DNA from: Reclinomonas americana ATCC 50394
Taxonomy: Eukaryota
DNA: 32,677 nucleotides
Direction of reading: 5' to 3'
Assembly: GCA_048213135.1 (NCBI GenBank)
Contig: PS015210.1
Location: 1-32,677, forward strand
Shown: positions 11,712 to 25,172 of the stretch, piece after piece
How the letters are laid out: every line of letters begins with the position of its first letter
How positions within the stretch are numbered: position 1 is the stretch's first letter
The notes under the pieces: model-generated
What the model was told of the DNA's origin: nothing
What the model saw: the letters and a program-made list of their open reading frames with translations, nothing else
Database searches by the model: none
Program-made: the position numbers and the translations under genes

Positions 11712-14700
11712 TCATTCATCATCATCAGTAGCAGCAGCAGGAGGAGGAGGTGGAGGAGAGGAAGGCAAAGGAAGAGGCTGTGCTTGCGCTAGCGCGTCCA
11801 CTGCAGCAGCTTGCGGATTCGCCAGTTCTTCTGCTTTCTGCTCCCACGCAGCGCGCAGTTCGGCAGCGCGACGGAGCACCTGCTTGAAGACTTGGTGGCC
11901 GCCCTCGGCACTCTTGATACCCACGCAGCTAATTTTGGTTCGGGTGTGCAGCGGTCGAGGCCGATGTCGACTCTTGGGCGTTGACGACGACGCCGCATCG
12001 CCACCACCGTCGTCCTCGTCCCCCGGTGGCTTCTCTTCCGTCAGCATGGCTCGGGTGAGCTGGTTGCGCGACAGGGCGAACACCACGGGAATGCGGTTTT
12101 TCTCGCAGCTGGCGAAAATCGTCGTCAGAATGTCGTCCAGGCCACCGGGTGCGGCGACCTTCTGCATGTTGGGCGCCATGATCACACACTTGACAGAGCT
12201 GGCACGGCAGCCGCGGGCAATCTCTCGCAAACCACACACGTAGCGACGTGACATGCGCGCCTGCGATCACGACCACGCTGGCGTGAGCCTCAACGACTGC
12301 TGGCACGCACACAGTCACACGCAACACTCCCCGAGTACCTTGACAGAATTGCGCTCGCGATTGCGCAGTTCATACTTGCGCAGCGTCTGCAGCAACTCCC
12401 ACACCATGCTGTCGAGATCGGCGGCCAGCTCCTGTCGCACAAATCTACCACGCGCACGTGAATATGCGTTTTGTCGGCGACAGCTCGTTCGCAAGCGGCA
12501 AAGCACGCAACTCTCGCACCACCATATTGTGGTACAGCCGGCAGTCGGCATCGAGTGGCAACGGCGGGAGCTCCGACGCCTTGAATGGCACTGCCTTTTC
12601 TTGCATCTTTCGCACGCCTACATCATCACCACTGGCACTGCTCTTCTCGCCACCTGCGTCGTCATCGGCATCATCACCGCCGCTGCCGCCGCTGCTGCTG
12701 CTGCTGTCGGCATCCGGAGGCAGCAGTCCAGCCGCCACAGCTCGTTCACGCAGCATTCTGTGTTTTTTCCGATTCAGTCAACGCGCATCCCCTCTGTGAG
12801 GTGTTGGGTCACTCACCGAGCTCGCTCCGCGCGGATAATCTTTTTCAGCGGCGTCGGTCGCTTCTTCTTGGTCTTCTCGATCACCACTTGCGCGTCGGTC
12901 AGGAAGCGACGGTACTTGCGCTGCAGGGCCAACAATACATGTTATTTTGAGGCAACAGTGGAGATGACAAAAGGAGCGGCACACCATCTTGTCCTGTCGC
13001 GAGACGGCCTCCTCGGTGTCGGAGAACGCCGATCGGCCACCCGTGGGAGCCGGTCGTCGAATACGCAACACTGTGACTGGTGTGGCACTTGAAGATGATC
13101 CTCCCCCAGCAGCCGCAGTTGCCGCAGTTGCCGCGGTTGTCATGGTGGTGGTGGTGGTTGTCGTCGACGTGGTGACGGCTGGTCGCTTGAGGCCCCACGC
13201 GTTGACAGGTGGCGCTCGTCCGGCCGTGACAGAGGGCACTGGAGAGGAGGCTGAGGCTGCCGGCTGCACCGCCCGTCGCGGCACTGATCGCGCCCGAGCA
13301 GCAGGAGGAGGCGTGGGTGGTGGTGTGCGTGAGGACGAGTCGCGTCGCTTGCCAATCACCATGACGTCGAAGAGTGTGAGGGCCTCGTTGTACTTTTTGA
13401 CGGGGGCCACCACCTGCGAAAAAAACAATGGTGAGTGAGCTGCACAGTGTGCTGGTGCACGCCACGCAAGAGCCACGTAACCTTGGGTGCTGCTGCTGCT
13501 GCCGCGGGTGGCGGTGGCGGCAGCGGCTGCGATTGTGGCGCCTCAGCGACGACCTCGCCCACTTGCTGCTGCTTCTGCTTCTTCTTCCGCTTCGCAGCGC
13601 CACCATGCAGCTTGTTGAACTGCTCGGCCTCGCGCTGCGCTCGCTTCATCTCCTCTCGCTGCTGCTCCAGGCGCTTCCGCTGCTCCTCGTAGTGTCGCGC
13701 TTGCTCCGACAGCAACAGATTGGTAACGGGAGCTGCAGTAGCAGCAGTGGCGGCGGTGGCGGCGGTGGCAGCTGTGCGTGGCCGACCCGGCGACGACGCG
13801 CCCTTGCCTGCCAACAGAGCGTCGCTGTACGAAGGTGGCCGAGTGGCCGACGAGGGCCGTGGCGGCGGTGGTNNNNNNNNNNNNNNNNNNNNNNNNNNNN
13901 NNNNNNNNNNNNNNNNNNNNNNNNNNNNNNNNNNNNNNNNNNNNNNNNNNNNNNNNNNNNNNNNNNNNNNNNNNNNNNNNNNNNNNNNNNNNNNNNNNNN
14001 NNNNNNNNNNNNNNNNNNNNNNNNNNNNNNNNNNNNNNNNNNNNNNNNNNNNNNNNNNNNNNNNNNNNNNNNNNNNNNNNNNNNNNNNNNNNNNNNNNNN
14101 NNNNNNNNNNNNNNNNNNNNNNNNNNNNNNNNNNNNNNNNNNNNNNNNNNNNNNNNNNNNNNNNNNNNNNNNNNNNNNNNNNNNNNNNNNNNNNNNNNNN
14201 NNNNNNNNNNNNNNNNNNNNNNNNNNNNNNNNNNNNNNNNNNNNNNNNNNNNNNNNNNNNNNNNNNNNNNNNNNNNNNNNNNNNNNNNNNNNNNNNNGGA
14301 GCGACAATCGATGGCACGACAGGTGGTGCAGGAGCAGGCGCGGGAACAGGCGACGGCTTGGCGGATGCCGTGCCGGCCAGCACCGCGGCGAACAGCGGCC
14401 GGGCGGGTTTCGGCGCCTCCTGAACAGTCACTGGAGCGGTGGCGGCAGCAGTAGCAGGCGGAGCGGGTGTGTTCTCCGTCTTGCTGTTCTTCTTCTTCTT
14501 CTTCTTGTTCCTGTTCTTGATCTCTGGTGGCGGTGGCGGTGGCGGCGGTGGCGGAGGAGGATGCAACGGGGCCGATCGCGGTCGAAACTCAACCACCGAC
14601 GCCACATCCAACGAGGCCAGCGATCGCGACACCGGTCTCGGATTGCGTCGCAACCAGTCGCCGACGGCCTCGTCCAGCGACAACGCCGTGGCCAGCAACG

Positions 14701-15851
14701 CCGAATCCGTGCGACACTCGGCCTGCACGATGAGCACAAGTCACACACACAAAAAAGGCGATCACTGACTGATGAGGAGGACAGGAGACGCAACAGCAAG
14801 AGCTGTCAGCGCACGAATGCCATCGGCGGTCAATCGACGAGCTCGCCACTCCGACAACGACGCATCGACNNNNNNNNNNNNNNNNNNNNNNNNNNNNNNN
14901 NNNNNNNNNNNNNNNNNNNNNNNNNNNNNNNNNNNNNNNNNNNNNNNNNNNNNNNNNNNNNNNNNNNNNNNNNNNNNNNNNNNNNNNNNNNNNNNNNNNN
15001 NNNNNNNNNNNNNNNNNNNNNNNNNNNNNNNNNNNNNNNNNNNNNNNNNNNNNNNNNNNNNNNNNNNNNNNNNNNNNNNNNNNNNNNNNNNNNNNNNNNN
15101 NNNNNNNNNNNNNNNNNNNNNNNNNNNNNNNNNNNNNNNNNNNNNNNNNNNNNNNNNNNNNNNNNNNNNNNNNNNNNNNNNNNNNNNNNNNNNNNNNNNN
15201 NNNNNNNNNNNNNNNNNNNNNNNNNNNNNNNNNNNNNNNNNNNNNNNNNNNNNNNNNNNNNNNNNNNNNNNNNNNNNNNNNNNNNNNNNNNNNNNNNNNN
15301 NNNNNNNNNNNNNNNNNNNNNNNNNNNNNNNNNNNNNNNNNNNNNNNNNNNNNNNNNNNNNNNNNNNNNNNNNNNNNNNNNNNNNNNNNNNNNNNNNNNN
15401 NNNNNNNNNNNNNNNNNNNNNNNNNNNNNNNGCTGTCGCCACTGTTCTTTGTTAATTGGTTGTGTGTGTGTGTGAGTGAGTAAGGGGAGAGCCTCTCTCA
15501 CAGGCGCATACAAACGCAACTCGGCGTCCAGCTGATCGACGACGCGAGGAAGGCGATCACACAGCTCCGCAAAGCACAGACATGCAGCGCGTGAGACGTT
15601 TCCGTGCTGATCGGACCATCTTTTTAAGAGAGAGAGTGAGTGAGTGAGAGAGAAGGGGAGGAGCGGTGCATGCGCAACTCCGGAGGGAACAGGCGACGAG
15701 TGACAGTCACTGTGTGAACGTGCGAAGTTAGTGTGGGAAGGAGTGGAGTGTGAGAGCGAGAGAGTGCGTGAGCGAAACAGAGAGCAGTGTGCGTCTCGTC
15801 TGCTGGTAGCGGACGGTTGCACAGGCTGTACACTTGCGCGACAGTGAGCAT
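11712..15851 (-). CDS. SECISBP2: SECIS-binding protein 2 (SBP2/SBP2L family), L7Ae domain; N-terminal extent inferred across two gaps
   Basis: K-rich KTKKKRPTPLKKIIRAER, then YHNMVVRE|FVRQELAADLDSMVWELLQTLRKYELR...VK|ARMSRRYVCGLREIARGCRASSVKCVIMAPNMQKVAAPGGLDDILTTIFASCEKNRIPVVFALSRNQLTRAM...ISCVGIKSAEGGHQVF, which follows the SBP2 C-terminal order. TGA 11712-11714. The start at 15851 is tentative. Confidence 0.85.
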
Positions 15852-16389
15852 GATGATCTGAGGAGTGCGACGTTTGGTGCAGGACACCGACTTCGTTCTC
15901 TCTTCTGCGCAAGAGCAAGGTGCGCGTCTGGGGAATGATCGCGCATGCACGCATACAGACAGAGCATGCTCGTTTCTCCACTGCCACTGCTCCACGCAAC
16001 AAACACGCACACTGTTAGTCTTGCTGACAACACAAACACACTTCTCTCCTTCTTCTCTTCTCCTCTCCTTCTCCTCTCCTTCTTCGTCTCTGCTCATCTG
16101 TGCTCTGTCGTGACACACCTGCACTTCTATACACACGCACGCACACACACTCAACACGACTGTTGTCGCACACTGACGAAAAAAACGGAAAAAGATGCAC
16201 CTCTCTCTCTCTCACACACACACACACTCTCACACACACACACTCATGACCTTACACACACGCACATGCCACACACGACACACGAGAGATTCTCTTGTCT
16301 CTTGTGCGCCTGTGACGTCACGCTGACGCACATCGATTACGTCATCATCACTCGTCTCTCACACTCGCCCTCACAGCAGCAAGGTTATC

Positions 16390-17606
16390 ATGGACAGCTT
16401 CTTCCGCGACCCATTCTTCAACTCGCCCTTTGCCAATGACCCGTTCTTCAGTGGCGGAGGAGGAGGTACTGCCTGGATTTGACAACTCTCTTTATTTGTT
16501 GTTTTGCTGACTTGTCTTCGTCACAGCACATCGCGCACACGCCTCCTCGCGCAGTGGACCTGTGGTAGAGGAGGTGGAGGAGGAAGAGGAGGATGATCGT
16601 CGCCACCATCATCATCACGCACAGCAGCAGCAGCAGCATCGGCATCATCACCATCACGCGCGACCAGTGGTCGAGGAACCCGACGATGATGACGATGCAG
16701 GAGGAGCAGCAGCAGCGCGGGATGATCAAGGTCGGCAACAGCAGAGACATGGCAGCCAGCGGGGTTTGTGCTTGTGAAGAGGAGGATCGCGATCGTTGCG
16801 ACTGACACTCTGTTCTTCTTCTGGATCAGATGGGTATGAACAGCAGCACCACTCGCATCGTCATCAGCACCGGCATCATCAGCATCATCACCATGGAGCG
16901 GATGCAGGTGCGGCTCTCTCGTGGGGGTCGGTGAAGGGGGTCATCTTGATATTGAATCGTCGCACGTGCAGGTGGTCCGTTCCGACAGGGACCGATGGTG
17001 CCGGGCGGCTTCTTTGGTGGTGGACTGCTCGGCGGTGGCGGCGGTGGTAGCCTCTTTGGTAGCATGCATGCGATGATGGACTCGATGATGGGCAACGCTT
17101 TCCGAGGTGAGTTTGTCAGATGAGCACCGTCTTTAATGGTCGCGCCTCAACATGTGCTCACGGAGGTTAGGCGCAGCCTTTGACGACGAGATGGTGTCGC
17201 CGCACGCGGCGTCGACACCCACCTCGCGCGTCATCTTCTCCAGCTCCACGCGCACCGTCAGTCACGGTGGCCCCGGCGGTGTCACCAGCGAGACGCAGAC
17301 AGTGTATCGCGACGGCCGCACGGGCACCGAGCAGGTGCGCATCAAGCGCACGATTGGCGACAAGAGCGTCACGCGTGAAGTGAAACGCGACGCTCTCACC
17401 GGCCAGCAGGAGCAAATTGATCGCATGGAGAACGTCCGCGAAGGTTTGTATCTTGAAAAATGGGAAAAAGGTGTGCACTGGCTGAAGCGTGCGCTCATGC
17501 AGAGGAGGCCGATCTGTTCGAGGAGGAGTTCCGTCAGCGTGTGGGTCGTCCGCGTCCATCAGTCGCCGGTCGCGCTATTGCAGGTGGCAGCAGTGGACGT
17601 CGATGA
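16390..17606 (+). CDS. Myeloid leukemia factor (MLF/Mlf1IP) family protein
   Basis: MDSFFRDPFFNSPFANDPFF start, GPVVEE and RPVVEEPDD motifs, and core FSSSTRTVSHGGPGGVTSETQTVYRDGRTGTEQVRIKRTIGDKSVTREVKRDALTGQQEQIDRMENVRE|EEADLFEEEF. TGA 17604-17606. Confidence 0.8.
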
Positions 17607-17691
17607 AAGAAGACTGACAGGACGGAAGAATGAACGAATCGCCCTGTGACTCTTGTGCTTGAAGAGAAGAGAGTGAGATAGAGAAAGCAAG

Positions 17692-20393
17692 ATGGTCTCT
17701 CGTCGCCTTCTGTGCCTCGTGGCAATGTGCGTGCTGCTGGTGGCACTCTCCACCTCGGCCACTCGTGTCCAAATCAATGACTCGGAGGCCATGCAGACGC
17801 GCGCCTCCTCAGTGAACACTGCCAATCTGCAGCTGCGCCAGGTGCAAGGTGAGCACCAAACAGAAAGAGAGAAAGCAAGAGACTGTGTGCGGAGAAAAGC
17901 GCACAAAAAATGCTCACTCTCTCTCACTCTCACTCGTGCATGTCAGTGGTTGTGCGACACGGTGATCGCACTCCCACCATGCCCATCAAGGCCCATCCCG
18001 TTGATGTTGCGCGCACTCACATCATCATTCATCTTTGTGATCATATTTGACCCCCATATGTAGTGGTTCTGTGATGAATCGCGCGTGCTGGCCGAGGACG
18101 ATCAGGGCGCAGCTGGAGTCACTCTGCACCCCGATCGTCTCTTCCGTCTGGCGTACTTGGAGGGCATTGATCATTTGCACGGGAACTGCAGCACGGGCCA
18201 GCTCACCAGTCTCGGCTACTCGCAGCATGTGACGCTCGGGCAGCGCATGGCGCGACAGTATGTGCAGACGGGATTCCTGTCGCCGTCGCTGTCGATGAGT
18301 GAGGTGTATGTGCGGAGCACGTCGATTCCGCGTACGCAGGCCAGCGCGCAGGGCTTCCTGCAGGGCATGTATCCGCCGACGACCCCCGCCGGTGGAGCCA
18401 TTCCGCTCATTCCGATTCACTTGGTCGACGATGATGTGGATGTTGCGTGATGCGGCAAGAGAGAGAGAGAGAGAGGGTGGTGTGAGACTAGGTGCTCACT
18501 CGCGATCCTGCAGCCGATGCACATTAACCAGAATGTGTGCCCGCGTGTCTACGAGGCCTATGTTGGTGGGTGGGGAGGAAGAGAGAGGAAGAGGGAGGGA
18601 AGGACGAAGAGTGACATGTGTGCCGGAGAAGCAGTGTGGGGGCGTGCTTTTGTATGGTCTCTTGTGGCTCGTGAGTGACATGTTGCAAACACTCTGACCT
18701 ATGCTCGTGCTTCTCTCTGTTCCTGCTGGTTAGTTGTGCCTCAATTATTCTTGCGGTTTGCATGACCTTGCTGCTCAGTTGTGAGTATTTCCGTGCCCCT
18801 CTCGACTTTGTGGGGAAGAACGTGCCTTCCTTCAGTCCTCTACTGACACCACCACCCGCAGAAATGTTCCTGCACAGCTCGCCAGCGCGCACCCGCCTGC
18901 TTGAGTTGATTGCGCCTTACACTTTCGAGATCATGAAGATCTTCCAGACTGGTGAGTGCCTCTCATCGATTCGTGGTCTCCCTTGGCAGTTTCTCACCCT
19001 GCGCTCCCCATCTGCAGACGATCCGTTCGAGGTAGACACCCCGCTCTCCTCCACAACTCTCTTTGTGTGTTGCTGCTGACCCAGTCAACTTCCCGCCAGG
19101 GCATCATCGCGTACGACAACCTCAAGTGCCGCACCTGCCACAACTTGCCGTACCCACCGGGCGTGACGCAGAACATGTACAACGCGCTGGAGAAGGCCTT
19201 CAACGAATTCACTGTGCTCGAGTTCAACTCCACCTCCTTCTCGCTGTCGCCGTTCTACACCGAGCTCCTGCAGAACATGCAGGCCGTCATGCGCGGCGAT
19301 CCGAAGCAGTTCAAGTTCCGCCTGTATTCGGTGAGCAGTGAACGGGGAGAGTAGTAGTAGTTGGTCTGGTGGTCGCTGTGCGGCGACTCACCTACGACGC
19401 CTGCAGGGACACGACACTTCGGTCGGCCCGCTGCTCGTGGCTCTCGGTGCGTACGACGGTATCTGGCCGCCGTACGCGTCGGATGTGACCATGGAGCTGT
19501 TGCAGGACCCAGCTGGTGAGGAAGAAGAGAGGGGGAAGAGGAAGAGAGGGAGAGAGGATGCCGCTTGTCGCATCTCAGCGGCTCTGCCCTGCTCGTTGTG
19601 CCAGTTCTTGTTGTTTCAGTCATTTCTCTTCTTGCTGTTCGTGTTCTCTGTTCCTTGTTTCGCTGCATTCTACCTGTTGCTCTTTCTAATTTTCCGCTTT
19701 TCTCTTCCTGCTTTCTGCTTTTCCTCGTTGCCTCAATGCATTCTGTCTGCTTCTTCCACTCCGCCATTCGCGCTCTTTCTCCTGTGCTTACTCTTCTTTC
19801 CTGCGCTCCTCTCTTCGTGCTCTGTCTTAATTGCCTCCGATGCGTACAGCGTGTCTCTCCTCTATTCCTCATGCGCTCTTCTTTTCTCGTCTTTCACTCT
19901 GCCGTTCGTGCTCTCTCCTGTTGCCTGTATGTGTGCTGCTTTTGTTGCTTTCTCTTAAGCTTGCACTCTGCACTTTGTGCTCCACCTTGTTTGCCCCCGC
20001 TGTGAACTGCGTGCTCTTTCATTGGTGTTCTCTCTAAACTTTGCCTCGCAGTATTCTGCATCTTGCCCTTCTTTTCTCATCTTCCACTCCGCCCTTTGTG
20101 TTGCCTCCCCCTTGCTTCCATGCTCTCTTTCTCCGCCCTTCTTCTCAATCTGTGCATCCACAGACTCGCAATTCTACGTGCACGTGACGTACCGCGGCAG
20201 CGACCTGCCACTGCCGGCGTGCGGCAACTCGGCCCTGTGCACCTTTGCTGCCTTCCAAAAGGCCCTCACTCGCGTGATCCCCGCCGACTTTGCGCAGGCA
20301 TGCAAGCTGAAGAACCCGCTGCTGCTCGACTGGGAGCACTACCGACCGGCACCGGCTGGCTCGCCCGTGCTGCACCGCGTGCGCCGCCCATAG
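17692..20393 (+). CDS. Secreted/lysosomal histidine acid phosphatase (His_Phos_2 branch), about 9 exons
   Basis: Signal peptide, VQ|VVVRHGDRTP catalytic motif, GQLTSLG, VYVRSTSIPRTQASA, FRLYS|GHDTS (HD motif), WPPYAS and C-terminal cysteines. TAG 20391-20393. Confidence 0.92.
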
Positions 20394-20538
20394 AGACAGC
20401 GTCAGCAATTACGCCCCTTCTTTTGTTTTGCGCGAGAAAGTGAAACCGCCACTGCATCATCACAACAACAGTGTGCTCGTGTTCACTCTGGATGAGCAAC
20501 GGGAGAGCCTTAAAATCACACACGCACACTCTCTTTTC

Positions 20539-22722
20539 TCACTTCTTCGAGCACACGTAGATGTAGTGCATGTTGGGGAAGTCCTTCTCTTCCGGCAGCA
20601 CGGTGCCAATCGACGGCTTCGCCACGGAGAAGTTCTCCACCGTCCACCCGTACTCGGGCTTGTCGACGTACGGCAAGCGCGAATCCGGCTGCCCGTACGT
20701 GATCATGATGAACACGCCGCCTGGCTTGAGCACGCGTGTGATCTCCGCCAGCATGCGCTCTGACTTGGAGTTGGAGCTCTCGCCGCACTAGAGGACACAA
20801 AAGGTGAGGGCGGAAAAGGGAGGGAAGGCAGGGAGGGAGGAGAGACGCACCAGCACGGCGTCGAGTGTGCCCTTGTCGACCACCACATCGTAGGCCTCGT
20901 GCACAATCGACGACATGTCGGTGCAGTCGAGCACCTCCCATGTCAGCTCCGGTCGCTTCGAGTACTTTTCTTGCATGGCCCGGATGCACACTGATGAAAT
21001 GTCCACATTGTGAATGCGCTTGTAGCCGTCGTCGTACATGTCCTCGGTCATGCGCGAGTTGCCGCAGCCCACCATCAAAATCTGGCAACAACAAATGGGA
21101 TGAGTGTGAGGACAAGGGAAAGGGAAAGGGAAGGGGAGAGGAGAAACTATACCTTGTGCGCCGGCTTGAGGTACGGTTGGAGGTACTCGCGCAGCGCGCT
21201 CCACTTCTGGTACCAGTCTGCAAAAAAGGGCATGAGAACGAAAGCCGATAAGGGGAGATAAAGGCGGAGAGGGACAGTGAGAAGAGAGAAGTGAAGGGAG
21301 AAGAGCAGAGGGAGAGAGGTAGAGGAGGCGAGATGAATCGATTGAAAGACGAGATGGTGAAGGAAGAGGATGAAGTGAGGAGAGAGCAACAAGGGAGAGA
21401 TGCGGAGGGGACAGAGAGCAGAAAAGAGAGAAGAGAGAAAGGCGGAGAGAACGTGAGAGGGAGAGGAAAGAGGAGGAAGGAAGATAGGATGGAAGAGGCA
21501 AGAAGAACTTGTGAGAGAAACGAGTGCCGATGGAGGAAGAGGGGGGAATAGAGCAAAGGGAGAAGGAGATAAGAAAGATGGAAAGGCGGAGTGAAAGTAT
21601 GGAGTGCGCACAGAGAACACTGGATAATGCAGAGGGGCAAAGAGAGCAGGAAGGGAGAGAGAGCAAGGCGGAGAGACAGAGACAAGAAGAATGGAAGGAG
21701 AGGCGGAGAAGAACTTGAGAGAAAGAGAGAAGGAGAAAAGAAATGGATGGAAGGCGGAGTGCAAGAATGGGAAGAACAACGGAGAGAATGCAGAGGGGCA
21801 AAGAGAGCAGGAAAGAGAGAGAGAGCAAGGCGGAGAGACAGAGACAAGAAGAACGGAAGGAAAGGCGGAGAAGAACTTGTGAGAGAAACGAGTGGAGTGA
21901 AGAGGGGGAAGCACAAGGGAGAAGGAGACAAGAATGGATGGAAAGTATGGAGTGCGCACAGAGAACAACGGAAAGAAGGCAGCGAGAGAGAGAGAGAGAA
22001 AGCAAGGCGGAGAGACAGACGAGAAGATGGAAAGGCGGAGAAGACCTAGTGAGAGAACTGAGTGTGGAGAGAGATAACGGAGTGAACGAAGAGAGAGAAT
22101 GAAGAGAAGAGCAAGGGAGACAGCACAAACGATGGAGAAGAGAGCAAAAAGTCCGCGCAGATTACAACAGTACGGAATTGCATGTAAAACGGCCCTCCTC
22201 TCCCTTGCCCCCCTCTCCCTTCCCCCCCTCCCTTGTCCCTCCTCCCCTCTCTTCTCTCACTCAGAGTGTGTTCTATTCTTGCAGTCTCCCGCGCACACAC
22301 ACACTCGCACTCACCAAAGGGCTCCGGGTCCCTCCTGTACCGATCTTGCCAGTACTCTGCGTCGCCGTATCTACAAACACAAACACACACGAAAAACACA
22401 ACCAAACACACACGAAAAGGCGACAGACAGCAAGAGCAGTCAGTGATACAAGAAGTTGACAGTTGGGCCAAACAAACATATCATGTCGCACATCAAACTG
22501 TGCGCGCGCGCGCGTGTTCTCTCTTTGTCTCTCACGCTTGCACACACGCACGCACACACAGAGCGACGTGACAACAACAAGAGAGAGCGGTGAGAGAGAT
22601 GACGCGATCACACACACAAACAAACACCCCCACACTTGAACACGCATGCAGCTGCTCTCTCTTTCTTTCTTTCTCTTTCTCCGTGTGTGTGCGTAATGAG
22701 CAGGCGCACGCAACTTCGCCAT
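20539..22722 (-). CDS. Class I SAM-dependent methyltransferase, EEF1AKMT4/ECE2-N/METTL13-N type, 5 exons
   Basis: MAK|YGDAEYWQDRYRRDPEPF|DWYQKWSAL...|ILMVGCGNSRMTEDMYDDGY...NVDISSVCI...YDVVVDKGTLDAVL|CGE...RVLKPGGVFIMITYGQP...HYIYVCSKK*. The first coding exon is only 8 nt (22715-22722). Confidence 0.9.
21490..22075. repeat. Degenerate purine-rich repeat array inside the 1.1-kb methyltransferase intron
   Basis: Recurring blocks: AGCAAGGCGGAGAGACAGA (~21662, ~21823, ~22001), AGAAGAACTTGTGAGAGAAACGAGTG (~21501, ~21869), GAAAGTATGGAGTGCGCACAGAGAACA (~21593, ~21941) and AATGCAGAGGGGCAAAGAGAGCAGGAA (~21626, ~21787). Confidence 0.85.
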
Positions 22723-23306
22723 TGCGTGTGTCTGTGCAAAAAAACAGCGGGTGTGTTTCCACGGTCTGTTTGGTTCGACTGACGGCTTCCCGCAACGGTC
22801 TTGTCGAACAAAAACTTTTCTCTTTTCCTGCGACAAGGTTTGCCCCCCTGCCCTTCACTTCCTCTCTCCCGTTCTGTGTGTGTCTGTGTGTGCTCTTCCT
22901 TGTCTCTCTATTTGTTTGGGCGATCTCTCTCTGTCACTGTTGAAGCAATCGTGAGAGTCTTGTTGAGTGTGCGCGTGCCTCTTGCTCTTCCTCGTCTTGT
23001 CGACTGCCCACTCTCTCTCTCTCTCACACACACACATACACACACTCTCTCTCTCTCTTTCTCTGTGTGTGCGTGTGTGTTCATTTTCTGCCCCTCGGTC
23101 GACATCGATCTTTCTCTCTTGTGTTCGTTTGCCTCCTCTCGCCACCGCACCATTCCCTCTTCAGCGCGCGCGCTTCCCTTCCTCCGTCTCACTCTCTCCA
23201 TCACACACACCCCTTGATCTCTCGCACGCTGCCCCAATTCCCAACGGATGACTCATTTCACCTTATCTCTCTCTCAACACAACAGATCACGAAACAAGAA
23301 CACGCC

Positions 23307-25172
<1,866 letters not shown>

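Noticed and set aside
11469-11714. Read-through of the SBP2 TGA as selenocysteine into an in-frame Cys-rich 80-aa tail (RHVQPAAVELCGKGSCPCRNVCPW...)
   Set aside because: No SECIS-like AUGA...AA...GA arrangement is visible, the tail runs over CA-rich intergenic sequence and overlaps the next gene's start, and open frames of this length are common at this GC content.
10150-12243. 697-aa plus-strand ORF and similar antisense ORFs (e.g. 7783-8859, 28422-29216)
   Set aside because: Antisense shadows of GC-rich minus-strand genes, some inflated by N-gaps; no recognisable motifs.
21490-22075. CRISPR-like array or intact transposon
   Set aside because: Eukaryotic intron with degenerate, irregularly spaced repeats; no unique spacers, terminal repeats or transposase/cas ORF.
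20516-22128. Long Leu/Ser/Phe/Pro-rich ORFs (471 aa, 446 aa, 273 aa)
   Set aside because: Translations of the polypyrimidine intron, which is naturally poor in stop codons.
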